A DNA stretch of 64,000 nt from NCBI RefSeq assembly GCF_963921235.1, contig NC_086108.1:58282001-58346000 (forward strand). Direction: 5' to 3'. This document shows, piece by piece, positions 53,579 through 64,000 of this stretch. Both the position numbers and the translations under genes were made by a program. Position 1 is the stretch's first letter, and each line of letters begins with the position of its first letter. Source of the stretch: Mobula hypostoma. Taxonomy: Eukaryota. The notes below the pieces were generated by a model, which was not told the origin of the DNA, did no database searches, and saw nothing but the letters and a program-made list of their open reading frames with translations.

Positions 53579-53979
53579 CGATCAGTACATGCCAGTTATA
53601 AGGGAAGTCACCAAGGCAGTCTGTTCTTCATTTGTTTCAATTTCAAGTGCCTGGAAAAAGTTCTTGCATGGAGGAAGGGGAATGGAGTGTGTTTACATTC
53701 TCAATTGCTTGGGATTGTAATGTGCGGTAATTCTTAGCCATGGAAAAAAAAATTGCATGTTCATTTTGGATTTGCATAAGTAATGAGCACTTGTACAAGT
53801 TGGCCTCTGTTCCCCTGCATTAGGAGGGGGGAAATAATGCTATTCTTATTTACTATTGCGTTTTGATCACCGATCATATGCATGTATGTATAAGCAATGG
53901 CAAGAGCAAGATCCTTCATGATTGAATATGCTATTGTCAGTAAAATATTTTGATAACATAAAGAAGTTACTGGTATAGT

Positions 53980-54011
53980 GATATTCCAGTTCCTATAGGA
54001 ACTGGAATATC
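53980..54011. repeat. Perfect 32-bp palindrome GATATTCCAGTTCCTATAGGAACTGGAATATC
   Basis: The sequence equals its own reverse complement. Confidence 0.97.
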
Positions 54012-54246
54012 TTCTAGGTGGTACATTTTATTTTTTTTTGTATAGGTGCAGTGAAGTGTAGACATGAGGTTGATCCAAACACTTGAGCATGTGGTAGCCA
54101 AACTAGTCCTGATAGTTTTGATATTTTTGACTGCTTAAAGAATTAGCCGATCTTCTTCAAGTTTATGGTACTTGGTAAATAATTCCCACTCAGTAAATTG
54201 AAAGGTAAAAACCCCATTTATTCATGCATGCAATTTTTTCCCTAAG

Positions 54247-54374
54247 GCTAAACCATACTGCTGGTGCCATTGTAAGCCCAGCCCTGAAATCTGATACCTC
54301 TTCCAAAGACATAGAAGAAGCAATGAAAAGGGTTAAAGAAGCACAGTCATTGATTTCAGCTGCTATAGAAACAG
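54247..54374 (+). CDS. SRSF11: SRSF11 coding exon 6 (LNHTAGAIVSPALKSDTSSKDIEEAMKRVKEAQSLISAAIET)
   Basis: ttttttccctaag acceptor, gtaata donor, 128 nt. Confidence 0.94.
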
Positions 54375-55313
54375 GTAATATTGCTATATCTAATACTTTG
54401 CTTCTGATAGTAATACTTATACAGCTTAGACGCAAAATAGTGAATCACTTTGGTGCTATGAAACTTCGTGTTTGCTTTAGTATAACAGGTTGAGAACTGG
54501 AGCAATATAGACATTTGGCTTGCGTAGGAAGAGTTCAATACACAAATCCTGTGACTGTACACCTAAAACACTAAATATGGACAAGTTTTGTACAAGTTTA
54601 ACCCAAATTGAAGTATCTTAATCTGGATAGCAGTGAGCAGCACATGGCAGTACCGATTTACTTGTTTTGCTAGACAAGGAATCTGTGAACAAACTTGAGT
54701 AATTAAATGGATGATTATTTTACTGAGCAGTGTATTACTTAATACTGAATTCACACTGACTTGTAACTCATCTGCTACATTATGCTGTTTTGGAGCAGAT
54801 ATCTATTTAATGGTAAACCATACCATTACTGCCAATAGTAATGATTCAAGACTTTTGACAAGTGCTGTCAGGTATGCAACAGAAATGCTATTACATAAGG
54901 AACAAAGGCAGAAAATGATGGAATTTGGAAAGGGAAGTATTTAACAAGATTGAGAAACCTTCAATGGTTCCAACATTTTCTATTTTATTTTCAGATACCA
55001 GTATCTCACTTTTGATGGCCGATCTGTAATATCTTTGTGTTTGACAATTCAGGATTTTTATTATGTTTTACAAGAAGTGCAAAGTAAATATCAAAATTAA
55101 ATCTAAAACTATCATTTCCACTTTAATACAGATTTTAATTTGAGACCGAGGATAATCAGGTAAATTCCCTTCATCAATAATCTGGCCAAATTTGCTCTAA
55201 ATTTATCTGTTTTGCAGAAGTAGCTATTTTCGGTCATTTCAAATGATTGAAAATTTGCAGTGAATGTTACTGCTTTTTGTGAAAGCAACTTGTACTCAAT
55301 ACCTAATTGTATA

Positions 55314-55534
55314 CCACACAAAATACTGGTGGAACACAGCAGGCCAAACAGCATCCATAGGAAGAAGCACAGTCGACGTTTTGGGCTGAGACCCTTTGTC
55401 AGTGTGTCCTGATGAAGGGTCTCGGCCCGAAACGTTGACTGTGGTTCTTCCTATGGATGCTGTCTGGCCTGCTGCGTTCCACCAGCATTTTGTGTGTTGC
55501 TTAAATTTCCAGCATCTGCAGATTTTCTCGTGTT
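55314..55534. mobile_element. Penelope-derived fold-back element with hammerhead-like core and 14-bp TSD
   Basis: ~85-bp inverted arms. TACCTAATTGTATA duplicated at 55300-55313 and 55535-55548. Confidence 0.85.
55406..55441 (+). ncRNA. Putative minimal type I hammerhead ribozyme motif
   Basis: GTC-CTGATGA-A-GGG(TCTCGG)CCC-GAAA-CG-TT-GAC: conserved boxes, helix II, and helix I (GTC/GAC). Confidence 0.6.
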
Positions 55535-55650
55535 TACCTAATTGTATAACTTTTATTCACTCCATTAAAAGTTCCTAGTTTTGATACAAGGTTCAGTTCT
55601 CCTTTCATTGTTAGTTATCATTTTCATGAATCCTACATTGTAAATTTCAG

Positions 55651-55732
55651 AAAAAAAAGATGACAAAAGGAAACATTCTAGATCGAGGTCTCGTTCACGC
55701 AGGCGACGGTCTCGTTCCCGTTCAAGGCATAG
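55651..55732 (+). CDS. SRSF11: SRSF11 coding exon 7 (EKKDDKRKHSRSRSRSRRRRSRSRSRHR), RS domain start
   Basis: tttcag acceptor, gtaagg donor, 82 nt. Confidence 0.94.
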
Positions 55733-56032
55733 GTAAGGAATGGAAGTTTCTTTTGGAAAAGGGATATAATTAAGACATACTACTTCTCACCTTGAGTTCT
55801 TGTGTAATATACTATGCATTTAATGAAGGGAACATTAGTTCGACAATGGATATATTGCCTTGAGTTGAAAAAAAAATTTCTTCATGGGTAATAAAAAATT
55901 GAAGAATAGACTGCAGCATAAAGAATAGTATTCTTTTGCTTTGCTGGTATCACCATGACAAACATAAGGCATTCTGTTCCTGTATTAACAGAGCCTCTGA
56001 AATTCTATACTACATCCTTTCCGGCAAGTTTT

Positions 56033-59000
56033 AAACATAGAAACATAGAAAATAGGTGTAGGAGTAGGCCATTCGGCCCTTCGAGCCTGCACCGCCATTT
56101 ATTATGATCATGGCTGATCATCCAACTCAGAACCCCGCCCCAGCGTTCCCTCCATACCCCCTGACCCCTGTAGCCACAAGGGCCATATCCAACTCCCTCT
56201 TAAACATAGCCAATGAACTGGCCTCAACAGTTTCCTGTGGCAGAGAATTCCACAGACTCACCACTCTCTGTGTGAAGAAGTTTTTCCTAATCTCGGTCCT
56301 AAAAGGCTTCCCCTCTATCCTCAAACTGTGACCCCTCGTTCTGGACTTCCCCAACATCGGGAACAATCTTCCTGCATCTAGCCTGTCCAATCCCTTCAGG
56401 ATGTTATACGTTTCAATCAGATCCCCCCTCAATCTTCTAAATTCCAACAAGTACAAGCCCAGTTCATCCAGTCTTTCTTCATATGAAAGTCCTGCCATCC
56501 CAGGAATCAATCTGGTGAACCTTCTTTGTACTCCCTCTATGGCAAAGATGTCTTTCCTCAGATTAGGGGACCAAAACTGCACACAATACTCCAGGTGTGG
56601 TCTCACCAAGGCCTTGTACAACTGCAGTAGTACCTCCCTGCTCCTGTACTCGAATCCTCTCGCTATAAATGCCAGCATACCATTCGCCTTTTTCACCGCC
56701 TGCTGTACCTGCATGCCCACTTTCAATGACTGGTGTATAATGACACCCAGGTCTCGTTGCACCTCCCCTTTTCCTAATCGGCCACCATTCAGATAATAAT
56801 CTGTTTTCCTATTTTTGCCACCAAAGTGGATAACTTCACAATTATCCACATTAAATTGCATCTGCCATGAGTTTGCCCACTCACCCAACCTATCCAAGTC
56901 ACCCTGCATCCTCTTAGCATCCTCCTCACTGCTAACACTGCCACCCAGCTTCGTGTCATCCGCAAACTTGGAGATGCTGCATCTAAATCGCTCATCCAAG
57001 TCATTAATATATATTGTAAACAACTGGGGTCCCAGCACTGAGCCTTGCGGTACCCCACTAGTCACCGCCTGCCATTCTGAAAAGGTCCCGTTTATTCCCA
57101 CTCTTTGCTTCCTGTCTGCTAACCAATTCTCCACCCACACCAATACCTTACCCCCAATACCGTGTGCTTTAAGTTTGCACACTAATCTCCTGTGTGGGAC
57201 CTTGTCAAAAGCCTTTTGAAAATCCAAATATACCACATCCACTGGTTCTCCCCTATCCACTCTACTAGTTACATCCTCAAAAAATTCTATGAGATTCATC
57301 AGACATGATTTTCCTTTCACAAATCCATGCTGACTTTGTCCGATCATTTCACCGCTTTCCAAATGTGCTGTTATCACATCCTTGATAACTGACTCCAGCA
57401 GTTTCCCCACCACCGACATTAGGCTAACCGGTCTATAATTCCCCGGTTTCTCTCTCCCTCCTTTTTTAAAAAGTGGGGTTACATTAGCCACCCTCCAATC
57501 CTCAGGAACTAGTCCAGAATCTAACGAGTTTTGAAAAATTAACAGTAATGCATCCACTATTTCTTGGGCTACTTCCTTAAGCACTCTGGGATGCAGACCA
57601 TCTGGCCCTGGGGATTTATCTGCCTTCAATCCCTTCAATTTACCTAACACCACTTCCCTACTAACATGTATTTCACTCAGTTCCTCCATCTCACTGGACC
57701 CTCTGTCCCTTACTATTTCTGGAAGATTATTTATGTCCTCCTTAGTGAAGACAGAACCAAAGTAATTATTCAATTGGTCTGCCATGTCCTTGCTCCCCAT
57801 AATCAATTCACCTGTTTCTGTCTGCAGGGGACCTACATTTATCTTTACCAGTCTTTTCCTTTTTACATATCTATAAAAGCTTTTACAGTCCGTTTTTATG
57901 TTCCCCGCCAGTTTTCTCTCATAAACTTTTTTCCCCTTCCTAATTAAGCCCTTTGTCCTCCTCTGCTGAACTCTGAATTTCTCCCAGTCCTCAGGTGAGC
58001 CACTTTCTCTGGCTAATTTGTATGCTACTTCTTTGGAATTGATACTATTCCTAATTTCTCTTGTCAGCCACGGGTGCACTACCTTCCTTGATTTATTCTT
58101 TTGCCAAACTGGGATGAACAATTGTTGTAGTTCATCCATGCAACCTTTAAATGCTTGCCATTGCATATCCACCGTCAATCCTTTAAGTGTCATTTGCCAG
58201 TCTATCTTAGCTAATACACGTCTCATACCTTCAAAGTTACCCCTCTTTAAGTTCAGAACCTTTGTTTCTGAATCAACTATGTCACTCTCCATATTAATGA
58301 AGAATTCCACCATATTATGGTCACTCTTACCCAAGGGGCCTCTCACGACAAGATCGCTAATTAACCCTTCCTCATTGCTCAAAACCCAATCCAGAATAGC
58401 CTGCTCTCTAGTTGGTTCCTCGACATGTTGGTTCAAAAAACCATCCCGCATACATTCCAAGAAATCCTCTTCCTCAGCACCTTTACCAATTTGGTTCACC
58501 CAGTCTACATGTAGATTGAAGTCACCCATTATAACTGCTGTTCCTTTATTGCACACATTTCTAATTTCCTGTTTAATACCATCTCCGACCTCACTACTAC
58601 TGTTAGGTGGCCTGTACACAACTCCCACCAGCGTCTTCTGCCCCTTAGTATTACGCAGCTCTACCCATATCGATTCCACATCTTCCCGGCTTATGTCCTT
58701 CCTTTCTATTGCGTTAATCTCTTCTTTAACCAGCAATGCCACCCCTCCTCCCCTTCCTCATGTCTATCCCTCCTGAATATTGAATATCCCTGAACGTTGA
58801 GCTCCCATCCCTGGTCACCCTGGAGCCATGTCTCTGTGATCCCAACTATATCATAATCATTAATAACAATCTGCACTTTCAATTCATCCACCTTATTACG
58901 AATGCTCCTTGCATTGACACATAAAGCCTTCAGGCACTCTTTTACAACTCTCTTAGCCCTTATACAATTATGTTGAAAAGTGGCCCTTTTTAATGCTTGC

Positions 59001-60698
59001 CCTGGATTTGTCGGCCTGCCACTTTTACTTTTCTCCTTTGTACTTTTTGCTTCTACGCTCACTTTACACCCCTCTGTCTCTCTGCACTGGTTCCCATCCC
59101 TCTGTTGTGAACTAACCTCCTCACGCCTAGCCTCTTTAATTTGATTCCCACCCCCCAACCATTCTAGTTTAAAGTCACCTCAGTAGCCCCCGCTAATCTC
59201 CCTGCCAGGATATTGGTCCCCCTAGGATTCAAGTGTAAACCGTCCTTTTTGTACAGGTCACGCCTGCGCCAAAAGAGGTCCCAATGATCCAAAAACTTGA
59301 ATCCCTGCCCCCTGCTCCAATCCCTCAGCCACGCATTTATCCTCCACCTCATCGCATTCCTACTCTCACTGTCGCGTGGCACAGGCAGTAATCCCGAGAT
59401 TACTACCTTTTGCGGTCCTTTTTCTCAACTCCCTTCCTAGCTCCCTATATTCTCCTTTCAGGACCTCATCCCTTTTCCTACCTATGTCATTGGTACCTAT
59501 ATGTACCACGACCTCTGGCTCCTCACCCTCCCACTTCAGGATATCTTGGACACGATCAGAAATATCCCGGACCCTGGCACCAGGGAGGCAAACTACCATC
59601 CGGGTCTCTGGACTGCGTCCACAGAATCGCCTATCTGACCCCCTTACTATCGAGTCCCCTATCACAACTGCCCTCTTCTTCCTTGCCCTACCCTTCTGAG
59701 CTACAGGGCCAGACTCTGTGCCGGAGGCACGGCCGCTGTCGCTTCCCCCGGGTAAGCTGTCACCCCCCAACAGTACTCAAACAGGAGTACCTGTTGTTAA
59801 GGGGCACAGCCACCGGGGTACTCCCCATCACCTGACTTTTCCCCTTCCCCCTCCTAACCGTGACCCACTTGTCTGCCTCCCGTGGCCCCGGCGTGACCAC
59901 CTGCCTTCCACTCCTCTCTATCACCTCCTCGCTCTCCCTGACCAGACGAAGGTCATCGAGCTGCAGCTCCAGTTCCGTAACGCGGTCCCTTAGGAGCTGC
60001 ATCTCGATGCACTTGGCGCAGATGTAGACGTCTGGGAGGCTTGGAGACTCCAGGGCCTCCCACATCCGACACCGAGAACAGCAGACTGCCCTCACAGTCA
60101 TAATGCCCCTCTCCTCAAATAGCAACAGAAAATGAATGTCAAACCTCCCTCGCCTCGCCCGCTTCCGCCTAAGCCCGTTGAGCCGAAGCCCTTAAGTCTA
60201 CACTCTGCTCCCGGCTCACTCCGCCGCCCGCAAACTACGCTGCCCGCTCTATGAGGCTTTATTCCTTTTAAATCTGCCGCGCTGCACTGCCCGACGTCAC
60301 ACGCCTGTGCAGTCCCGCCTCTCAGAAAGCCGTTGGAGAGAAAAAATAACGAAAATTTCAAAAATCTCTTTCTCGGCACTCCCACTCAGACTCTCAGACT
60401 CCTTCTTCGAATCAAACCCGAAGCAGGATGTCTGCCCTTTTAAATCTGCCGCGCTGCACTGCCCGACGTCACACGCCTGCGCAGTCCCGCCTCTCAGAAA
60501 GCCGTTGGAGAAAAAAAATAACGAAAATTTCAAAAATCTCTTTCTCAGCACTTCCACTCAGACTCTCAGACTCCTTCTTCGAATCAAACCCGAAGCAGGA
60601 TGTCTGCCCTTTTAAATCTGCCGCGCTGCACTGCCCGACGTCACACGCCTGCGCAGTCCCGCCTCTCAGAAAGCCGTTGGAGAAAAAAAAATAACGAA
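56033..60698 (-). mobile_element. Full-length young CR1 LINE: 5' tandem monomers, ORF1 (zinc finger/leucine zipper + SGNH esterase), ORF2 (APE endonuclease + RT), (TTTCTATG)n tail
   Basis: 871-aa open ORF2 segment 56127..58742, endonuclease start in 58706..59158. ORF1 in 59760..60125, 59366..59770 (GDS, GTND) and 59164..59382 (DGLH). Three apparent 1-nt frameshifts. Confidence 0.97.
60264..60698 (-). repeat. 2.5 tandem copies of a 172-bp monomer at the CR1 5' end
   Basis: AAATCTGCCGCGCTGCAC recurs at 60270, 60442 and 60614. Confidence 0.95.
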
Positions 60699-62056
60699 GT
60701 CCATAATCCCCACATTGAAATAGGAAAAAAGTACACAATTGCTGTTTGCTTTGTAAATGATTTTGAGATTTATTCACAAATGGATTGGGTTCTTTCAATG
60801 ATTTCTGAGAAATTTCATTATTCCTTATGTAGGTCTTTGAAGCATGATGGGCCCTATTGATTATAAGAATATTAATTGACTTCAACCATTTCATTTTCCA
60901 TATAGATAGTTGTATGATTTATTTAATTGAGTCTGCTTTCCAATTTACACTCTAAATTGCCTGATTTTGCAGCTTAGAATGATGATTACTTGGCATTTTT
61001 GTGTTATCCTTCAGAAGCCAACTGAACACTCGGGATCCCTAGTAGTTTGTCAGTTACTTGAGTCAGTTGGCCAGATCTTGCTAGCACTGACCTGCCTTCT
61101 TTAAGTTGGCCTGTGTGAAGGTTGCCAACTTGCTAAGTGTAGTCCATTGACAAGGCCTGAGCAACAGCAAAACTTGAATTGTCCATTCTGATTAAGCTCT
61201 TCCCCTAAAACTGGTGAGAGTTACAACGTGCATCAAAACACTGCCCAGTTTTGTTGTCAAATTTGAGAATTGATAACTACTTCTGAATGCCTCTGACATT
61301 TGAGAACCAAAGTAGTTAAGTATTAAACAAAGCTCAATTAAAAAAACGCCTTGAGTTAAAACCTTAAATGAAATCAAAGTTACTTTTAACTTAGAATCTT
61401 GTCTTTTTTCCAAAAGCCTGATTTAAAATCATTGGACTTGCGACCCTTGGCATGATAAAGTTGGTATAGGATATCAGAGTTTATTCTAGTGTGAATCTTA
61501 ATTCTATTGGTGAATGTTAGATTCAGAACTGGTGGGACTTGTAGGGAACTTGGAGATGGGCCATTATTTAAAAATAAAATAAATGCCTAGTTTTATTTAG
61601 TGAGTTTTGAACTTCTGCACTTCATTGTACTTCTGGGTTTATAATTTGCTAGTTTATCTGCCGTTATTGAGTGCATTAACCTGTGACGCCTTCATGTCAA
61701 GTTTATTTTGAATCCTTGTTCTGAACATTTGGGTGATTGGGCTATGCTTGGATTTGTTATCTTCTGTGGAGCAATTTATCTTTCAATGGTGCCCATTTAG
61801 CTTAGCTGTGCTTCCATGTATGTACAACTTTCTATTTTCTCTTTGTTACGGTGTAACTGGTTACACACATTCTTCATTAGAGCTACTATGGCTATTTTTG
61901 CCTCACATTTCTCTTTTTATCATTTACGTGCAAGTTGAAGCCATTTGTATAATTTGGCTTGTGCTGTATAATTTGTATTCCAGCTTTGCTTTTAAATTGT
62001 TTTGTATAATTCATATTCTTTTGCTGAGTATTCAACAAAGTGCTTTTTTAAAACAG

Positions 62057-62185
62057 GCGTTCCAGGAGTAGGTCTAGAAGGCGTTCACATTCAAAGTCTA
62101 GAAGCAGGCGGCGATCACGAAGTCCAAGACGAAGGAGGTCACGCTCAAGGGAGCGGAGGAGGTCTAGGAGTATATCAAAGCCAAG
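62057..62185 (+). CDS. SRSF11: SRSF11 coding exon 8 (RSRSRSRRRSHSKSRSRRRSRSPRRRRSRSRERRRSRSISKP)
   Basis: aaacag acceptor, AAG|gtcttt donor (weak), 129 nt. RS repeats. Confidence 0.9.
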
Positions 62186-62324
62186 GTCTTTAATCTTGCA
62201 ATATTCTTGTCATGTATTGATTTTCTTTATTATATATTACTGAATCAGTAATAATTTTCAGATGGTTTTGTGTAATACAAGCTATTTTTGAGCATGAGCT
62301 TTGTATTTCTTGCATATGTTTTAG

Positions 62325-62408
62325 GGAAAAAAAGAAGGAAGAGAAGAAAAGATCCAAAACACCACCTAAAAGCTACAGCACAGCCAGGCGGTCTCGCAGC
62401 CCCAGTAG
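62325..62408 (+). CDS. SRSF11: SRSF11 coding exon 9 (EKKKEEKKRSKTPPKSYSTARRSRSPS)
   Basis: ttttag acceptor, gtatgc donor, 84 nt. KRSKTPPKSYSTARRSRS motif. Confidence 0.93.
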
Positions 62409-63052
62409 GTATGCATGAATGTGTACTTTATGGAAAGCTACTTTTGTTTTGGAAATGCTGGTAAAGAGGAAGAGGATTTGGCTCTTCCTGCAGTTTAGTT
62501 GGCTTTTGGTCTATGCAGCACTTCTCGCTTCACAAGATGAAGGCAAAGTACCACAGTATTTAGTAGACTTCTAAGAAATGTGTCACGATTATATACAACA
62601 AAATTCAGTTGAGTCTTACTTTGCACTGTTTTGGCATAGGATATTGAGGTTTCAGTGTGTAAGAGAGTATATTTTCCAGAGTGCTTTTAAATTGAATATT
62701 TATAGAAATGCTATCTTCTCATAAACCTAAACAACTAAACTCCCTTCCTTTTCAATCTTAATTTTTAAATCTGAAATATTTTGAAATAACAATTCATGGC
62801 ATAATTGTAGAAATGATGCATTTCAAATGAAGAAGTAGGTTTATTTTTGAAACAATCATTGATAATTTCTATTATTCTTAGATTTAATTTTACAGCATTT
62901 CTTTAATCGGTTTCAGTTTTTTAAAAGATACTTTGCTCCAAGAAAACTTGATAGATTTAGAAGCTATTTAATATATGGCAGTTCAAATAAATGGAGATTT
63001 ATTTTAATGGTTGTTGAATTGTATAATTAAGATGTTTCCTTTATTTTGTCAG

Positions 63053-63172
63053 AGACAGAGAACGAGAGCGAGAAAGAGAACGGAGACGTAGAAGAAGTAG
63101 ATCTATTTCAAGGTCTCCAAAGAAATCAAGATCGCCTAAACGTAAACTTTCACGGTCACCATCTCCTCGAAG
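63053..63172 (+). CDS. SRSF11: SRSF11 coding exon 10 (DRERERERERRRRRSRSISRSPKKSRSPKRKLSRSPSPR)
   Basis: tttgtcag acceptor, gtaaat donor, 120 nt. Confidence 0.92.
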
Positions 63173-63496
63173 GTAAATTTTTGAGACTTGACTTTGAGCT
63201 TTCTATGGCTTTTATAACGTGTTACTTGTTGACATAGTGATGTGTCTAAACTGTTTACCACGGCAAATCTTTGTGAAACTCTACTTTTGTTGCGGTTTGG
63301 ATTAACAGTGGAATTGTTGATTGTGGGGCAGTACTGAATTGCAGTAATGCTACTTCACGTGAGCTAACATTTTTCAATATATTTCTCCAAATGATTGGAG
63401 AAATCTTTTTGAATGATAGATTAAGGACTTAACCTCTTCTGCTTTCCTTTACCTCTTTCTCCTGTGCTTGAAGATGTTCATTGACTTATTTTCCAG

Positions 63497-63650
63497 GCAT
63501 AAGAAAGAAAAGAAGAAGGACAAAGACAGAGACCGGAGCAGGGAAGTAGAGGAGAGGGAGAGGTCATCAAGCAAAAAGAAAAAGAGCAAGGATAAAGAGC
63601 GGGAGAAAGAAAAGGAAAAAAAGGCAGAAGGTGAAAAGGGTGATGTGAAG
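63497..63650 (+). CDS. SRSF11: SRSF11 coding exon 11 (HKKEKKKDKDRDRS...GEKGDVK); final exon is outside the window
   Basis: ttttccag acceptor, gtaaat donor, 154 nt, within ORF 63468..63689. Confidence 0.93.
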
Positions 63651-63759
63651 GTAAATTTAAATTTGGAACTATACCGTATTAGAAGGTGAACTACACTAGG
63701 CCAAGTAATTGGGTACATGTTTGTTAATGTAAATATCTAATCTGTCGATTATTTACAGC

Positions 63760-64000
63760 CAGTCAGTGCATAAAAGCATGCAGATATGATTGAGGTTTAG
63801 TTGTCTAGACCAAGCATCAGAATGGGGAAGAACTGTGATCTAAGGGACTTTAACTGTGGAATTGTTGGTGCCAGATGGGGTGGTTTGAATCTCAAAAATT
63901 GTTGATCACTTAGGATTTACACACATAACTATCTGTAATTTACAGAGCCTCTTGTGAAAAATAAAAGGCATCTAGTGAGCAACAGTTCAGTGGGTAAAAA
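63760..64000 (+). mobile_element. Tc1-like transposon remnant (transposase N-terminus)
   Basis: ATGGGGAAGAACTGTGATCTAAGGGACTTTAACTGTGGA.. reads MGKNCDLRDFNCG..VGARWGGL..DHLGF; decayed and running off the window. Confidence 0.7.

Noticed and set aside
58018..58776. Long plus-strand ORFs (252 aa here; also 240..716, 35095..35613, 56401..57219)
   Set aside because: They are antisense shadows of LINE ORF2 with no independent protein signal.
60264..60698. Regularly spaced repeats as a CRISPR-like array
   Set aside because: Whole 172-bp units repeat with no unique spacers, the context is eukaryotic, and the array is attached to a LINE.
39450..63650. Assignment as SREK1
   Set aside because: Linker and RS-region motifs (APANAVAGLLPGGGLLPTPNPL, KTPPKSYSTARRS) and adjacency to LRRC40 fit SRSF11.

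Overview
Vertebrate genomic DNA. The repeat repertoire (several CR1 families, Rex/Babar-type LINE pieces, V-SINE-like and Penelope-derived elements) suggests a cartilaginous fish, probably a shark or ray; this is inference. Two conserved genes lie head-to-head. LRRC40 is on the minus strand (coding exons 1-4 at 28841-8413, continuing off the left edge). SRSF11 is on the plus strand (11 coding exons at 39450-63650, last exon off the right edge). All exon boundaries are GT-AG and splice into one continuous reading frame per gene. LRRC40 introns and the intergenic gap are dense with retroelements, while SRSF11 introns 1-4 are nearly free of large insertions and hold several candidate stop-codon (poison) exons. 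Most notable observations: (1) a Penelope-derived fold-back element family carrying a minimal hammerhead-ribozyme core, one copy with a 14-bp target-site duplication; (2) a near-intact full-length CR1 whose 5' end is 2.5 tandem 172-bp promoter-like monomers; (3) a non-autonomous Helitron within a multi-layer nested insertion; (4) a Tigger-like deletion derivative with a ~340-bp internal palindrome; (5) inverted same-family CR1 copies flanking LRRC40 exon 4; (6) a perfect 32-bp palindrome just upstream of a candidate SRSF11 poison exon. All calls were made by eye and from recalled protein families; no alignment or folding was run, and repeat boundaries are approximate.
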